This document shows, in pieces, positions 8,711 to 18,768 of a stretch of DNA of 64,000 bases (position 1 is its first letter; each line of letters begins with the position of its first letter). The DNA lies in the NCBI GenBank assembly GCA_904387305.1, contig CAJFLB010000011.1, forward strand, positions 10,156-74,155, written 5' to 3'. The DNA comes from an uncultured Clostridia bacterium. GTDB taxonomy: Bacteria; Bacillota; Clostridia; TANB77; CAG-508. Both the position numbers and the translations under genes were made by a program. The notes beneath the pieces were generated by a model. That model searched no databases, had not been told where the DNA came from, and saw nothing but the letters and a program-made list of their open reading frames with translations.

Positions 8711-8737
8711 AAAAAGTCAAAAATTTGACTTTTTTTT
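8711..8737 (+). terminator. rho-independent terminator
   Basis: aagtcaaa-aa-tttgactt followed by a T-run. Confidence 0.7.
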
Positions 8738-8805
8738 AGATTTATAGTATACTATTTCGGTACTACTTTTTTTAAAATATAAAATATTTAAGGAGAAGGA
8801 TTACA

Positions 8806-10113
8806 ATGAAAAGTAAAATGAATATAAAAAGCATTTTTATCATGGCAATTATATCATTAGCTAGTTTGCTTTTTATAAATATCAGCTTAGCAGCCAATAC
8901 TGGAACAATCAACGTAGATGTTGCTAATTTAAGAGAGACAGCAGACGCTGAAAGTAAAATCTTGGAGCAAATTACTTTGAATCAAGAAGTCGAAATTGTA
9001 GGAGAAGAAGGTGACTGGTACCAAGTTACATACAACAAAATTACAGGATATGTAAGTAAAGAACTAGTTACGGTAAATTCAAACTCACAAACTACAGAAA
9101 GTAATAATCAAGTAAGTGAAAATATTACACAAGAAAACACTACAGTAGAAGTAAATACAACAGAAGAAGGTACTGAGACAAGCAGTACAGAAGAAATAAC
9201 ATTGGGAGAATATAAAATTTCAGAAAATACAAGACTAAAATTAATTCCATCAATTAATGCAACAGATGTGATAGAATTGAAAGCAGATGAAACAGTTACT
9301 GTCACAGAAATCATGAATGGATGGGCATGTGTAGAAACACAAACAACAAAAGGTTGGTTAAGAAAAGATAAATTGAAAAAAGACGAGCCAGTGGAGGAAT
9401 CAGTAGAAGAGGTACAAGAAGAACAACAAGAACCAGCTCAAGAAACACCAATCAAAACACAATATGTAAATTCTACAACTGTTAATGTAAGACAAGAAGC
9501 AAATACTTCTAGTACAATTGTAACGACTGTAGATTTGAATACAGAAGTTCAAGTTTATAGTGAAGAAAATGGCTGGAGCAAAGTAAAAGTAAATAATGTA
9601 GAAGGATATATTTCATCTTCATTATTATCAAATAGTAAACAAGAAACATCACGAAGCCAGAGTACTTCTAGAAGAACAAGTAGTACAAAAACAACCACAA
9701 AGGCAACAAGTCAAACAACAACACAAACAACAAATGTACCAGCATCTGGTAATGGCTCATCAATTGTAGCAACAGCAAAACAATATTTAGGATCTAAATA
9801 TACTTATGGAGGAAGCTCACCAAGTACAGGATTTGACTGTTCAGGATTTACTTCATATGTATTTAAACAACATGGAATATCTTTAAATAGAACTGCTGCA
9901 GCACAATATAGCAATGGAGTTGCTGTTAGTAGAGCAAACTTACAACCAGGTGACTTAGTTATGTTTGGAAAATCTGGAATTAATCATGTGGCAATATATA
10001 TCGGTGGAGGTCAGATTATTCATGCATCAACACCATCAACAGGAGTTAGAATCGATTCTTTAAGCACAGGATATTATAATAATAATTATGTAGGTGCAAG
10101 AAGAGTACTATAA
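8806..10113 (+). CDS. secreted cell-wall hydrolase: three SH3b domains plus a C-terminal NlpC/P60 (C40) peptidase
   Basis: Signal peptide, repeated VNVRE..A...S.I......V...GWYKV..N...GYV blocks, Ser/Thr-rich linker, and catalytic DCSGFTSYVF ... HVAIYIGGGQIIHA. Confidence 0.85.
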   Translation: MKSKMNIKSIFIMAIISLASLLFINISLAANTGTINVDVANLRETADAESKILEQITLNQEVEIVGEEGDWYQVTYNKITGYVSKELVTVNSNSQTTESNNQVSENITQENTTVEVNTTEEGTETSSTEEITLGEYKISENTRLKLIPSINATDVIELKADETVTVTEIMNGWACVETQTTKGWLRKDKLKKDEPVEESVEEVQEEQQEPAQETPIKTQYVNSTTVNVRQEANTSSTIVTTVDLNTEVQVYSEENGWSKVKVNNVEGYISSSLLSNSKQETSRSQSTSRRTSSTKTTTKATSQTTTQTTNVPASGNGSSIVATAKQYLGSKYTYGGSSPSTGFDCSGFTSYVFKQHGISLNRTAAAQYSNGVAVSRANLQPGDLVMFGKSGINHVAIYIGGGQIIHASTPSTGVRIDSLSTGYYNNNYVGARRVL

Positions 10114-12698
10114 TGATAATGAAATTGGAGGAGATAATATTAAAAGACCAATTGTCGTTATGGTTATAGGATATATCATTGGAATTATATGGGGGCTATA
10201 CTTTGATTTTAGTATAGTCCTTTTATATATCTTAATAACCTTTCTTTATGGTTTAAAAATATGTTTTAAAAACAAAAAACATAAAGAATTTCAAATTTTA
10301 TCTATCTATCGATATGTTCGATATATCAAATTAATTTTAACGAAACAAGTTATTTTTTTAATCGCTATTAGTTCTATTATTTCTAATACAATTCTCATAT
10401 TCCAAGAAAATCGATATGAAAATTTATATCTTGAAGAAAATATCATAGTAGAAGGGATTATTGTTAGTAATCAAGAAGAAAGAGAATATAAAAATCGATA
10501 TAAAGTAAAAGTATTAACAGTAAATGATTCTAATAAATATCAATCTACACAAATTTATATAGAAGTAAAAAAAGATATCCAATTTGAGTATGGTGACAAA
10601 GTACGATTGCAAGGAGAATTTCGAAAAGGAAGTGAACAAAGAAATACAGGTGGATTTGACTATCAACTATATTTAAAATCTATCAATATATATGGTACAT
10701 TAAAAGTCGAAAACTATCAAAAAATATCTTCGGACAATGTAAGTAAGATTGAAAAAAGTATTAATAAAATCAAGTTAACCATTACAAAAAATATTGAAAA
10801 AGTATTAAAAAAAGAGGAAGAACAAATTGTAAAAGGATTAATCTTAGGAGATACCACAGTTTTAGAAGAAGAGCTAAAAGAAAAATTTCAAATAGCGAAT
10901 ATTTCTCATGTTTTAGCAGTATCTGGTATGCATATTATTTATATCATTATTGGAATAGAAATGATTTTTAAGAAATGGTTAGGAAAAAGAAATGTGAAAT
11001 ATGTTGTTATCATAGGATTAGTATTCTATATGAGTATAACAGGTTTTACAAGTTCGATTGTAAGAGCAGGTATTATGGGAATCATGAGTATAGTAGCTTT
11101 TTTAGTGTATAGAAAAAACGATATTTGGACATCGATTGCCATTTCATTAGGAATCATATTAATACAAAATCCATATGCCATTACAGGTGTAGGATTACAA
11201 TTATCGTATTTAGGTACGATTGGGATTATCTTATTTAATAAAAATATAAAGCAATATTTGGATAATATAAAATGGATAAAAGATAATATCCAAATAAAAA
11301 GAAGTAAACGAATTTCTAAGATTGTAGAAAATTTAAAAGACATGGTATCTGTTACACTTTCAGCACAAATGCTGATTCTTCCTATCATGCTTTACCATTT
11401 TAATATGCTAGGAATCTATTTTGTGATAACCAATATTTTGGTAAGTAGTATTATTGGTCCAATTATGTTTTTAGCTATTATTTTTGTTTTTAGTTCATTT
11501 ATTCATTTACAAATTTCACAGTTTATTTCTATTTTTTTATCATTTGGTATTAAGTGCTTAATACAAATTTCTAATTTAGCCAATTTACCATTTTCAAAAA
11601 TATATGTTTCTACACCAAGCATTTTATTTATCATTATTTATTACATTATGATTTTGGCGGGGAATCAGATATACACGATTTATGTAAACAAATATTTAAA
11701 TAATACGAAAAGAAGAGTAAAAAATCTAATTGCACTTATGAAATATAGGTTATATGAAAAAAAGAAGAAGACGAGGAAAATATATCAGAAAATTTTAAAA
11801 GAAAGAAATGTAAAAGCATGTATTTTAAGAACGTACAAAGCAATTTTTTTAATAATTTTCTTGATAGGAATTTATCAATTTCCTAAAAATTTAGAAATTC
11901 ATTTTTTAGATGTAGGGCAAGGAGATTCTTGTTTTATTATAACACCAAATCATAAAACGATTTTAATTGATGGAGGGGGAAGTACTTCAAATACATTTGA
12001 TGTGGGAAAAGATACAGTAATACCGTATTTACTAGATAAAGGATATACAAAAATAGATTATATATTTATTTCCCATTTTGACCAAGATCATGTAGGTGGT
12101 ATATTGACTGTATTAAAAGAATTCAAGGTAGGGCAAATATTTATTAGTAAACAAGGAGAAGAAAGTGAAAATTATGAAACATTTTTAAATATTGCGGAAC
12201 AAAAACAATTAAAAGTACGAGAAGTAAAGATGGGTGACAAAATTACAATAGGAGATATTACTTTTCATATTTTGTGGCCAATAGAGAAACAAATAGAAGA
12301 AAATATATTAAATAATAATGCTATAGTTATGAAATTACAATATAAAAGTTTTAGCATGTTATTTACTGGTGATATAGAAGAAGTGGCAGAAAAGAAGATT
12401 TTAGATACATATAAAAATCATCTAGATATATTAAAATCTTCTGTCTTAAAAGTAGCCCACCATGGTTCTAAAAGTTCATCAACCAATGAATTCTTGGAAG
12501 CAGTAAATAGCAAGGTGGCTATTATTGGAGTAGGAGAAAATAATATGTTTGGACATCCAAACAATGCTGTTTTAGAAAGATTACAATCGTTTCGGCATGC
12601 AGATTTTTAGAACAGATGAAAACGGAGAAATTAGTATAAGTGTTAACCATAAAGGTAGGATTCATGTAAAGAAGTTTATAGAGAAATATAGCGACTAA
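10094..12698 (+). pseudogene. comEC: DNA internalization competence protein ComEC/Rec2 (competence domain plus metallo-beta-lactamase domain), with an apparent frameshift near 12590
   Basis: Polytopic competence domain and MBL motif FISHFDQDHVGG ... VAHHGS. The annotated frame stops at 12610, but the conserved C-terminus GMQIFRTDENGEISISVNHKGRIHV continues in another frame to the TAA at 12696-12698. The start is uncertain (GTG 10094, ATT 10139 after GGAGGAG, or ATG 10160). Confidence 0.75.
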
Positions 12699-12736
12699 AA
12701 ATAGTTGCAAAACATAAAAGAAGGGAGTATAATAAA

Positions 12737-12994
12737 ATAAGTAAATTAGAAAAAGAAATAGACAGACTAAAATCGAAACCAAAAGATTATACATATGAAG
12801 AAGCAAAAACATTATTAAATAAATTAGGATTTTATGAAAATAATAAAGGAAGAACTTCTGGTTCGAGAGTTGTGTTTATGAACAGAAATAATATAAAAAT
12901 AGAACTACATAAACCACATCCAAGCAATATTTTAAAGCCATATCAAGTACATAATTTGTTGAAAAAATTAAGTGAAATGGAGGAATTTAAATGA
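12737..12994 (+). CDS. hicA: HicA-family mRNA interferase toxin, no canonical start codon (ATA at the expected Met position)
   Basis: Translation (I)SKLEKEIDRLKSKPKDYTYEEAKTLLNKLGFYENNKGRTSGSRVVFMNRNNIKIELHKPHPSNILKPYQVHNLLKKL matches the HicA pattern (GS.V.F ... LHKPHP). RBS AAGGGAG at 12721-27. The stop overlaps the hicB start (ATGA). No ATG, GTG or TTG is in frame upstream. Confidence 0.6.
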   Translation: MSKLEKEIDRLKSKPKDYTYEEAKTLLNKLGFYENNKGRTSGSRVVFMNRNNIKIELHKPHPSNILKPYQVHNLLKKLSEMEEFK

Positions 12995-13332
12995 AAAATA
13001 TTATGAAATATAGAGGATATTGGGCAGAAATTAAATATAGTGATGAAGATGAATGTTTTTGTGGAGAAATAGAAGGATTAAAAAATGATAGTATCTCATT
13101 CGAAGGGGAAACAGTTAAAGAATTAAAGAAAGATTTCAAAGATGCCATAGACCATTATTTAAGTGTATGTAAAGCAAATAATTTAGAGCCTGAGAAACAA
13201 GCAAAAGGATCTTTGAATGTGAGATTAGGTGTAGAGCTTCATAACAAAGCCAAAATGAAATCAATTGAAAAAAATATTTCTATTAATGAATTGATAAAAC
13301 AAGCCGTTATTGCTTATTTAAAAGAAAATTAA
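12991..13332 (+). CDS. hicB: HicB-family antitoxin with C-terminal RHH-like DNA-binding region
   Basis: YRGYWAEIKYSDEDECFCGEIEGLKNDSISFEGETVKELKKDFKDAIDHYL, then SLNVRLGVELHNKA, typical of HicB. Confidence 0.8.
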   Translation: MKNIMKYRGYWAEIKYSDEDECFCGEIEGLKNDSISFEGETVKELKKDFKDAIDHYLSVCKANNLEPEKQAKGSLNVRLGVELHNKAKMKSIEKNISINELIKQAVIAYLKEN

Positions 13333-13456
13333 AAAATACAAGAAAATGTATAAAGGATAAAAAAAGGTAAATAATACTATAAAAGGTGAGAAAAGGTAGA
13401 ATTGATAATTATAAGGACTTTAAATCAATTTAATCTTTGGAAAGGACTGTAAGAAT

Positions 13457-14062
13457 ATGAAAAAAAGTATAATCATTTCAGCCATTATCGTATTATTTAT
13501 CTTAGGAACAGTGATTGGTGTTATTTTAATAAATAATTTTTCAGGTGAAAAAAAAGAAACAGAAATAGCAGAGCAAAATCAAGAAGAAATTTATGATGAA
13601 TGCACAGATGAATATGAGGAAATGGTACAAAGTAATACATTAGTAGAGGAGACAAGTTCAGAAGGAGAAAAAATATCTCCCAATTGTTCTATCATATTTA
13701 GAAGACATTATAATGATTGTGGACATACGATTGAACAATATTCTAGTATTCCAACAGAATTAGTTAATAAAACAGAAGAGGATTTACAAGAACAATATCA
13801 AGGGTGGACAATTGAAGAATTTTCACGAAATCAAATTATTTTATATAGAGATTTTGATAGTGAATGTGGAGAACATTATGTCTTAAGAGAAAAAGATGGA
13901 AAAGTGGTTGTATATCTAAAAACAGGAGATACAGAAGAATTAGTAGAGGAAACAGATATAGCAACTGAATTCTTGACAGAAACAGATAGAATTGAATTAC
14001 AAAATGGTATTGAAGCAAATGGGAGAGTGGAGTTAAATCAATTGATAGAGGATTATGAGTAA
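13457..14062 (+). CDS. BofC-like C-terminal domain protein (membrane-anchored, sporulation-associated)
   Basis: N-terminal TM. The block Y.DCGH ... YQGWTIEEFSRNQIILYRDFDSECGEHYVLREKDGKVVVY ... LQNGI follows the BofC_C pattern. Confidence 0.5.
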   Translation: MKKSIIISAIIVLFILGTVIGVILINNFSGEKKETEIAEQNQEEIYDECTDEYEEMVQSNTLVEETSSEGEKISPNCSIIFRRHYNDCGHTIEQYSSIPTELVNKTEEDLQEQYQGWTIEEFSRNQIILYRDFDSECGEHYVLREKDGKVVVYLKTGDTEELVEETDIATEFLTETDRIELQNGIEANGRVELNQLIEDYE

Positions 14063-14121
14063 ACGATAGGGACGTGTCAAATTGTTCAAAAATTGAACAA
14101 AAGGGACAGACCATCAAAAAA

Positions 14122-14152
14122 AGATAAAACGCCTTAACGGGCGTTTTCATCT
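14122..14152. terminator. bidirectional terminator between convergent genes
   Basis: gataaaacgcc-ttaac-gggcgttttcatc with A-run and T-run flanks. It overlaps the pgsA stop codon. Confidence 0.6.
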
Positions 14153-14748
14153 TTTTTTCTTTCTTTTCTCTCTTTTTTATCAATTGTAACTTCTTTATTC
14201 AAATCTTGCTTATCAATAAATCCTTTCTTATATACATCTTTAATATACATTAATAAAGAAAATACAGTAGCAAATAAAGCTAAATAGAATAACCACAAAT
14301 CTAAATTAGACCATATAGATGGTAATTCAAATTGATTAATTAATAATGAAAATACAATAGCAACATAGAAAAGGACGGTTGCTAATTTTCCATACCATTT
14401 GCTATATACCACCACATCTTTACCATAAAGGAAAGAAGCGCCTGCAATCATAATTAATTCTTTTAATAGTACAATTGCTAATATCCAAATAGGAATGATA
14501 TCTTTTAATGTCAAAGAAGCAATGGTAGCAATTTGTGTTAATTTATCTGCCAAAGGATCCATTAATTTTCCAAAATTAGATATTAAATTAAATTTCCTTG
14601 CAATAAATCCATCAGCAATATCTGTGATACCAGATACTGTGAAGAAGATAAAAGCAATGATATAATCTCCATTAAAAATACTTATTACAATAACTGGTAT
14701 TAATAAAAATCGAATAATTGTTAGTGCGTTTGGTACATGTTTTAACAT
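14134..14748 (-). CDS. pgsA: CDP-diacylglycerol--glycerol-3-phosphate 3-phosphatidyltransferase
   Basis: CDP-alcohol phosphatidyltransferase motif DGFIARKFNLISNFGKLMDPLADK, with PNALTIIRFLLIPV at the N-terminus. Confidence 0.85.
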   Translation of the reverse strand: MLKHVPNALTIIRFLLIPVIVISIFNGDYIIAFIFFTVSGITDIADGFIARKFNLISNFGKLMDPLADKLTQIATIASLTLKDIIPIWILAIVLLKELIMIAGASFLYGKDVVVYSKWYGKLATVLFYVAIVFSLLINQFELPSIWSNLDLWLFYLALFATVFSLLMYIKDVYKKGFIDKQDLNKEVTIDKKERKERKKDENAR

Positions 14749-14757
14749 AAAAATCTC

Positions 14758-17121
14758 CTATTTTACTTCAAATTTTAAATTTCCATCTACAAAATCAATA
14801 TTGACAGTTTGTCCGTCTAATAATTGTTGTCTTAAAATCATTTCAGATAGTTCATCTTCAACATATCTTTGGATAGCTCTTCTTAGTGGTCTAGCACCAA
14901 ATTTAATATCTGTTCCTTTTTCCAAGATATAGTTTTTAGCAGCTTCTGTCATATTCATTTTAATATCTTTGTCTGACAACGCTTTGACTGTATCATTTAA
15001 CATTAAATCAACGATTTGTAATAATTGTTCATTTGTTAATGGGTCAAAGGTAACAATTTCGTCAACTCTATTTAAGAACTCTGGTCTAAAGACATCTTTT
15101 AGACTATCCATAATTTTATTCTTATTTACCATAGAGTTTCCAAATCCAATAGAATTATTATTTAAGTTAGAACCTGCATTAGATGTCATAATGATAATCG
15201 TATTTGAGAAACTAACAGAATTTCCTTGACTATCTGTTAAGATTCCATCATCTAATACTTGTAATAAAATATTAAATACATCTGGATGTGCTTTTTCGAT
15301 TTCGTCAAGCAAAATGATAGAATATGGTTTTCTCTTTACCTTGTCAGTTAATTGTCCCGCATCATCATAACCAACATATCCTGGAGGTGCACCAATTAAT
15401 TTAGAAGTAGAGTGACTTTCCATATATTCTGACATGTCAATTCTAATAATAGAATCTTCAGAGCCAAACATTTCATAAGCTAAACTTTTGGCAAGTTCTG
15501 TTTTACCAACACCAGTAGGACCAACAAAGATAAATGAAGGTGGTCTCTTGGTTGATTTTAATCCTGCTCTATTTCTACGAATTGCTCTAGATACAGCACT
15601 TACGGCCTCATCTTGCCCGATAATTCTTTTATGAAGATTGGTTTCTAGGTTCAATAATTTTTGTGTTTCTGCTTCTGTAATTTTTTGTACAGGTATTTTT
15701 GTCCAGCTTTCAATAACATTGGCAATATCTTGAACTGTTATTTGTCTAGGCTTCATAGTTTCATTTAATTTATCAATTTGTTCAATTAATTGACATTCAC
15801 GTGTTTTTAAATCAGCTGCTTTTTGATAATCTTCTGTAGAATCAGCAGCAATCACTTCTTCTTTTTCAGCTTGAACTTGTTCTAATTCCTGTTTTAGTTT
15901 TTCTAAAGTAAATAATTCTTTGTTCTCTAAATTAATTCTTGAACAAGCTTCGTCTAAAATATCAATAGCTTTATCTGGTAAAAATCTATCATGAATATAT
16001 TTTTCAGACATAATAACTGCTTGCTTAATGACATCTAAAGAAATTTTTACTTTATGATATTCTTCATAATATTTTTTAATACCCTCCAAAATACCAATAG
16101 AATCATCAATATTTGGTTCTTCTACTAAAACTTGTTGGAATCTTCTTTCTAAAGCAGAATCTTTTTCAATATATTTTCTATATTCTTTTAAAGTGGTAGT
16201 ACCAATTAATTGGATTTCACCATTGGAAAGCGCTGGCTTTAAGATGTTAGCAGCATTCATAGAATGTTCACCATCACCAGCACCAATAATATTATGAATT
16301 TCATCAATTACTAGAATGATATTTCCATATTCTTTACATTCATCAATAATACCTTTCATTCTAGACTCAAATTGTCCTCTAAATTGTGTTCCTGCAATAA
16401 CAGCTGTCATATCTAAAAGATATACCTCTTTATTTAATAATTTTGCAGGTACATTTTGATTAGCAATTCGAATAGCCAATCCTTGAGCAATAGCTGTTTT
16501 ACCAACACCTGGCTCACCAATCAAGCAAGGATTATTTTTAGAACGTCTATTTAAGATTTGGATAATTCTTTTAATTTCATTGTCTCTTCCAATAACGATA
16601 TCTAATTCATTATTTTTTGCTTTTGTTGTCAAATTCGTACCATAGGTATCTAAAAACTTTTTCTTTTTATTTTGCTTGGTATTTTTCTTTTTTTCTACTT
16701 TTACTTTTTTTCTGCCATTATTTAGTTCTTGCTCATTATTACCATTATTATTATTTGAATTTCCAAACATATTAGAAAATAATGAACTTAATGGAATGGC
16801 TGCACCAGATACTTTACTAGAACCATCTCCATTGTCATCGACATTATTTTCAAATGTGATGGCACCATCAATATTTTCAATATCTTCTAAATTAATATTT
16901 TCAGCTAAATCCTTAAAAATGGTTTCAAATTGTTTTGTCATATCATTTAAATTTACATTATCTTTAGATAAAATTTCGTTTTGTCTATATAATACTTCAT
17001 TAGGGTTAATGCCTTTGGCTTTTGCACAATCATAGCAATATCCTTCTAAAGATTCTTTGCCATTTTCAATTTTTTTATAAAAAAGTATAGCTGGGTTTTT
17101 ATTACATTCTGAACATAACAT
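14758..17121 (-). CDS. clpE: ATP-dependent Clp protease ATP-binding subunit, ClpE-like (N-terminal Zn-ribbon, two AAA+ modules)
   Basis: CSECNKNPA ... CYDCA zinc ribbon. Walker A GEPGVGKTAIA and GPTGVGKTELA. UVR-like coiled coil between the two modules. Confidence 0.8.
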   Translation of the reverse strand: MLCSECNKNPAILFYKKIENGKESLEGYCYDCAKAKGINPNEVLYRQNEILSKDNVNLNDMTKQFETIFKDLAENINLEDIENIDGAITFENNVDDNGDGSSKVSGAAIPLSSLFSNMFGNSNNNNGNNEQELNNGRKKVKVEKKKNTKQNKKKKFLDTYGTNLTTKAKNNELDIVIGRDNEIKRIIQILNRRSKNNPCLIGEPGVGKTAIAQGLAIRIANQNVPAKLLNKEVYLLDMTAVIAGTQFRGQFESRMKGIIDECKEYGNIILVIDEIHNIIGAGDGEHSMNAANILKPALSNGEIQLIGTTTLKEYRKYIEKDSALERRFQQVLVEEPNIDDSIGILEGIKKYYEEYHKVKISLDVIKQAVIMSEKYIHDRFLPDKAIDILDEACSRINLENKELFTLEKLKQELEQVQAEKEEVIAADSTEDYQKAADLKTRECQLIEQIDKLNETMKPRQITVQDIANVIESWTKIPVQKITEAETQKLLNLETNLHKRIIGQDEAVSAVSRAIRRNRAGLKSTKRPPSFIFVGPTGVGKTELAKSLAYEMFGSEDSIIRIDMSEYMESHSTSKLIGAPPGYVGYDDAGQLTDKVKRKPYSIILLDEIEKAHPDVFNILLQVLDDGILTDSQGNSVSFSNTIIIMTSNAGSNLNNNSIGFGNSMVNKNKIMDSLKDVFRPEFLNRVDEIVTFDPLTNEQLLQIVDLMLNDTVKALSDKDIKMNMTEAAKNYILEKGTDIKFGARPLRRAIQRYVEDELSEMILRQQLLDGQTVNIDFVDGNLKFEVK

Positions 17122-17269
17122 ACTTTAAACTCCTCATTTCTATATAAATATACAATATATATCATACCCCAAATTCTACGAATAGTCAATAAATTTAATC
17201 ATATTCATGTTGAAATATTTATATAGAAATGCTATAATAAAATGAGATTTTAATATAAGAGGTATTCGT

Positions 17270-18127
17270 ATGAATGTAAATTTGCCAAAGAGGGCAAAAA
17301 TTAATGTTAAAGCTGTTATTATATATGCAATTTCCATAATTACGTGTGTAATAGCAATTATAATAGCGGGATTATCAATTTATTATGGAACTGATGAATT
17401 AGATAGATTAGTAGCAATTGGTGGTTCAAGTTTGACAAAGACGGAAGAGGAGTATCAATTGTTAGAAGCTAATTTTGAGGATATATTTCAAAATCAATTA
17501 GAAGAATATACGACAGACATAAATATAAAAAAAATAGATGAAGAAAGAGCGATAGTATATACATATTATACAAAAGATGAGGATAAAGAAAATAGTTATG
17601 ATATAAATTTAAATATTCCATATATTAATATTGATAATGAAATAATAGCAGCATATAATGAAGAAATTAAGCAGACTTATGAAGAAAAAGCAGAAAATAC
17701 ATTACAATCGGAAAATGGAAATATTATTTATACGCTTCAATATGAGGCAACAATAGAAAATGATATTTTGTCACTCATTATTAGATCTAATTTAAAAGAA
17801 GGATCAAGTGCACAAAGATTAATTATTCAAACATTTAATTATGATTTGAGAAATAATAAAGAAATAAGTTTAGAAGAACTAATACAACTAAAACAATTAA
17901 ATGTAAATGATGTACAAAACAGAATTGATGAGGAAATAAGAATAGAACACCAAAGAGTAGAAGATTTGAAGCGTTTAGGTTATCCAATTTTTGAAAGAAA
18001 TCCAGAAGACGACATGTACAAAATAGAAAATTCGCAAGACTTTTTTGTGAAGGATGGAAACATCTATATTATATATGCTTATGGAAATGAAAACATAACC
18101 AGTGAAATGGATTTAGTAATTGTATAA
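17270..18127 (+). CDS. membrane-anchored hypothetical protein (possibly DUF4163/DUF3298-like)
   Basis: N-terminal TM, then a soluble domain. Only a weak resemblance to RsiV-like folds. Confidence 0.4.
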   Translation: MNVNLPKRAKINVKAVIIYAISIITCVIAIIIAGLSIYYGTDELDRLVAIGGSSLTKTEEEYQLLEANFEDIFQNQLEEYTTDINIKKIDEERAIVYTYYTKDEDKENSYDINLNIPYINIDNEIIAAYNEEIKQTYEEKAENTLQSENGNIIYTLQYEATIENDILSLIIRSNLKEGSSAQRLIIQTFNYDLRNNKEISLEELIQLKQLNVNDVQNRIDEEIRIEHQRVEDLKRLGYPIFERNPEDDMYKIENSQDFFVKDGNIYIIYAYGNENITSEMDLVIV

Positions 18128-18500
18128 TTTTGTCCAATTGGGGACGTTTCTGTTTGGGACATTTAGGGATTTTGGGGACAGACTCATTTTTCCTTTTTTG
18201 AAGTTATAAAATCTAAAAATATAGAATATAACGTCATTACACAATTTTGTATAAGCTAAATTTTCATAGAAATTCTATAATAAAACTGTGGTTTTCTTGC
18301 ATTGTTACTTTTGATAAAAAGCAAAATGCAAAGAAAATCACAGTTTTATTAATAATTTCTAAACTCAAATTTAGATACGCAAAATCGTTTCATTTTTTAT
18401 ATTCTATATTTTTTTATCCCAAATTAAAAAAGGGAAAAATGAGTCTGTCCCCAAAATTCCTTAAAATGTCCCAAACAGAAACGTCCCCAATTGGACAAAA
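18127..18500. repeat. family A palindromic intergenic element, copy 1 (about 375 bp, MITE-like)
   Basis: Terminal arms ttttgtccaattggggacgtttctgtttgggacatttagggattttggggacagactcatttttcc (18127-) and their reverse complement (-18500). The interior is also an imperfect palindrome centred near 18310. Highly similar to 25925..26293. Confidence 0.85.
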
Positions 18501-18768
18501 ACATTCCAATGAACAAAAAAAGAGAGAAGCTGCGAAGCTTCTCTTTTGAAAATAAAAGGGGATGTTTTTTTATTTCAATCAGTATTGATTACTGATTATG
18601 ATTGTATTATAAATTGTAAATTTGTCCATTTTGTGAACTAGAAGTGAAAAAGAAGTAATTATTAAAACAATTTAAGGTTTTTATTGTAACAATAAAGCTT
18701 AGAAAATGTTTAATAAAAACATATCTAAGCTTCTGTTAAATTAAAGTTTTATTAATATTAAAGTTTAG

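Noticed and set aside
18247-18549. 100-aa ORF in the track (and 25865..26053, 26142..26345) inside the family A elements
   Set aside because: These ORFs lie wholly within palindromic repeats, have no RBS, mirror each other on opposite strands, and have low-complexity, non-protein-like sequences.
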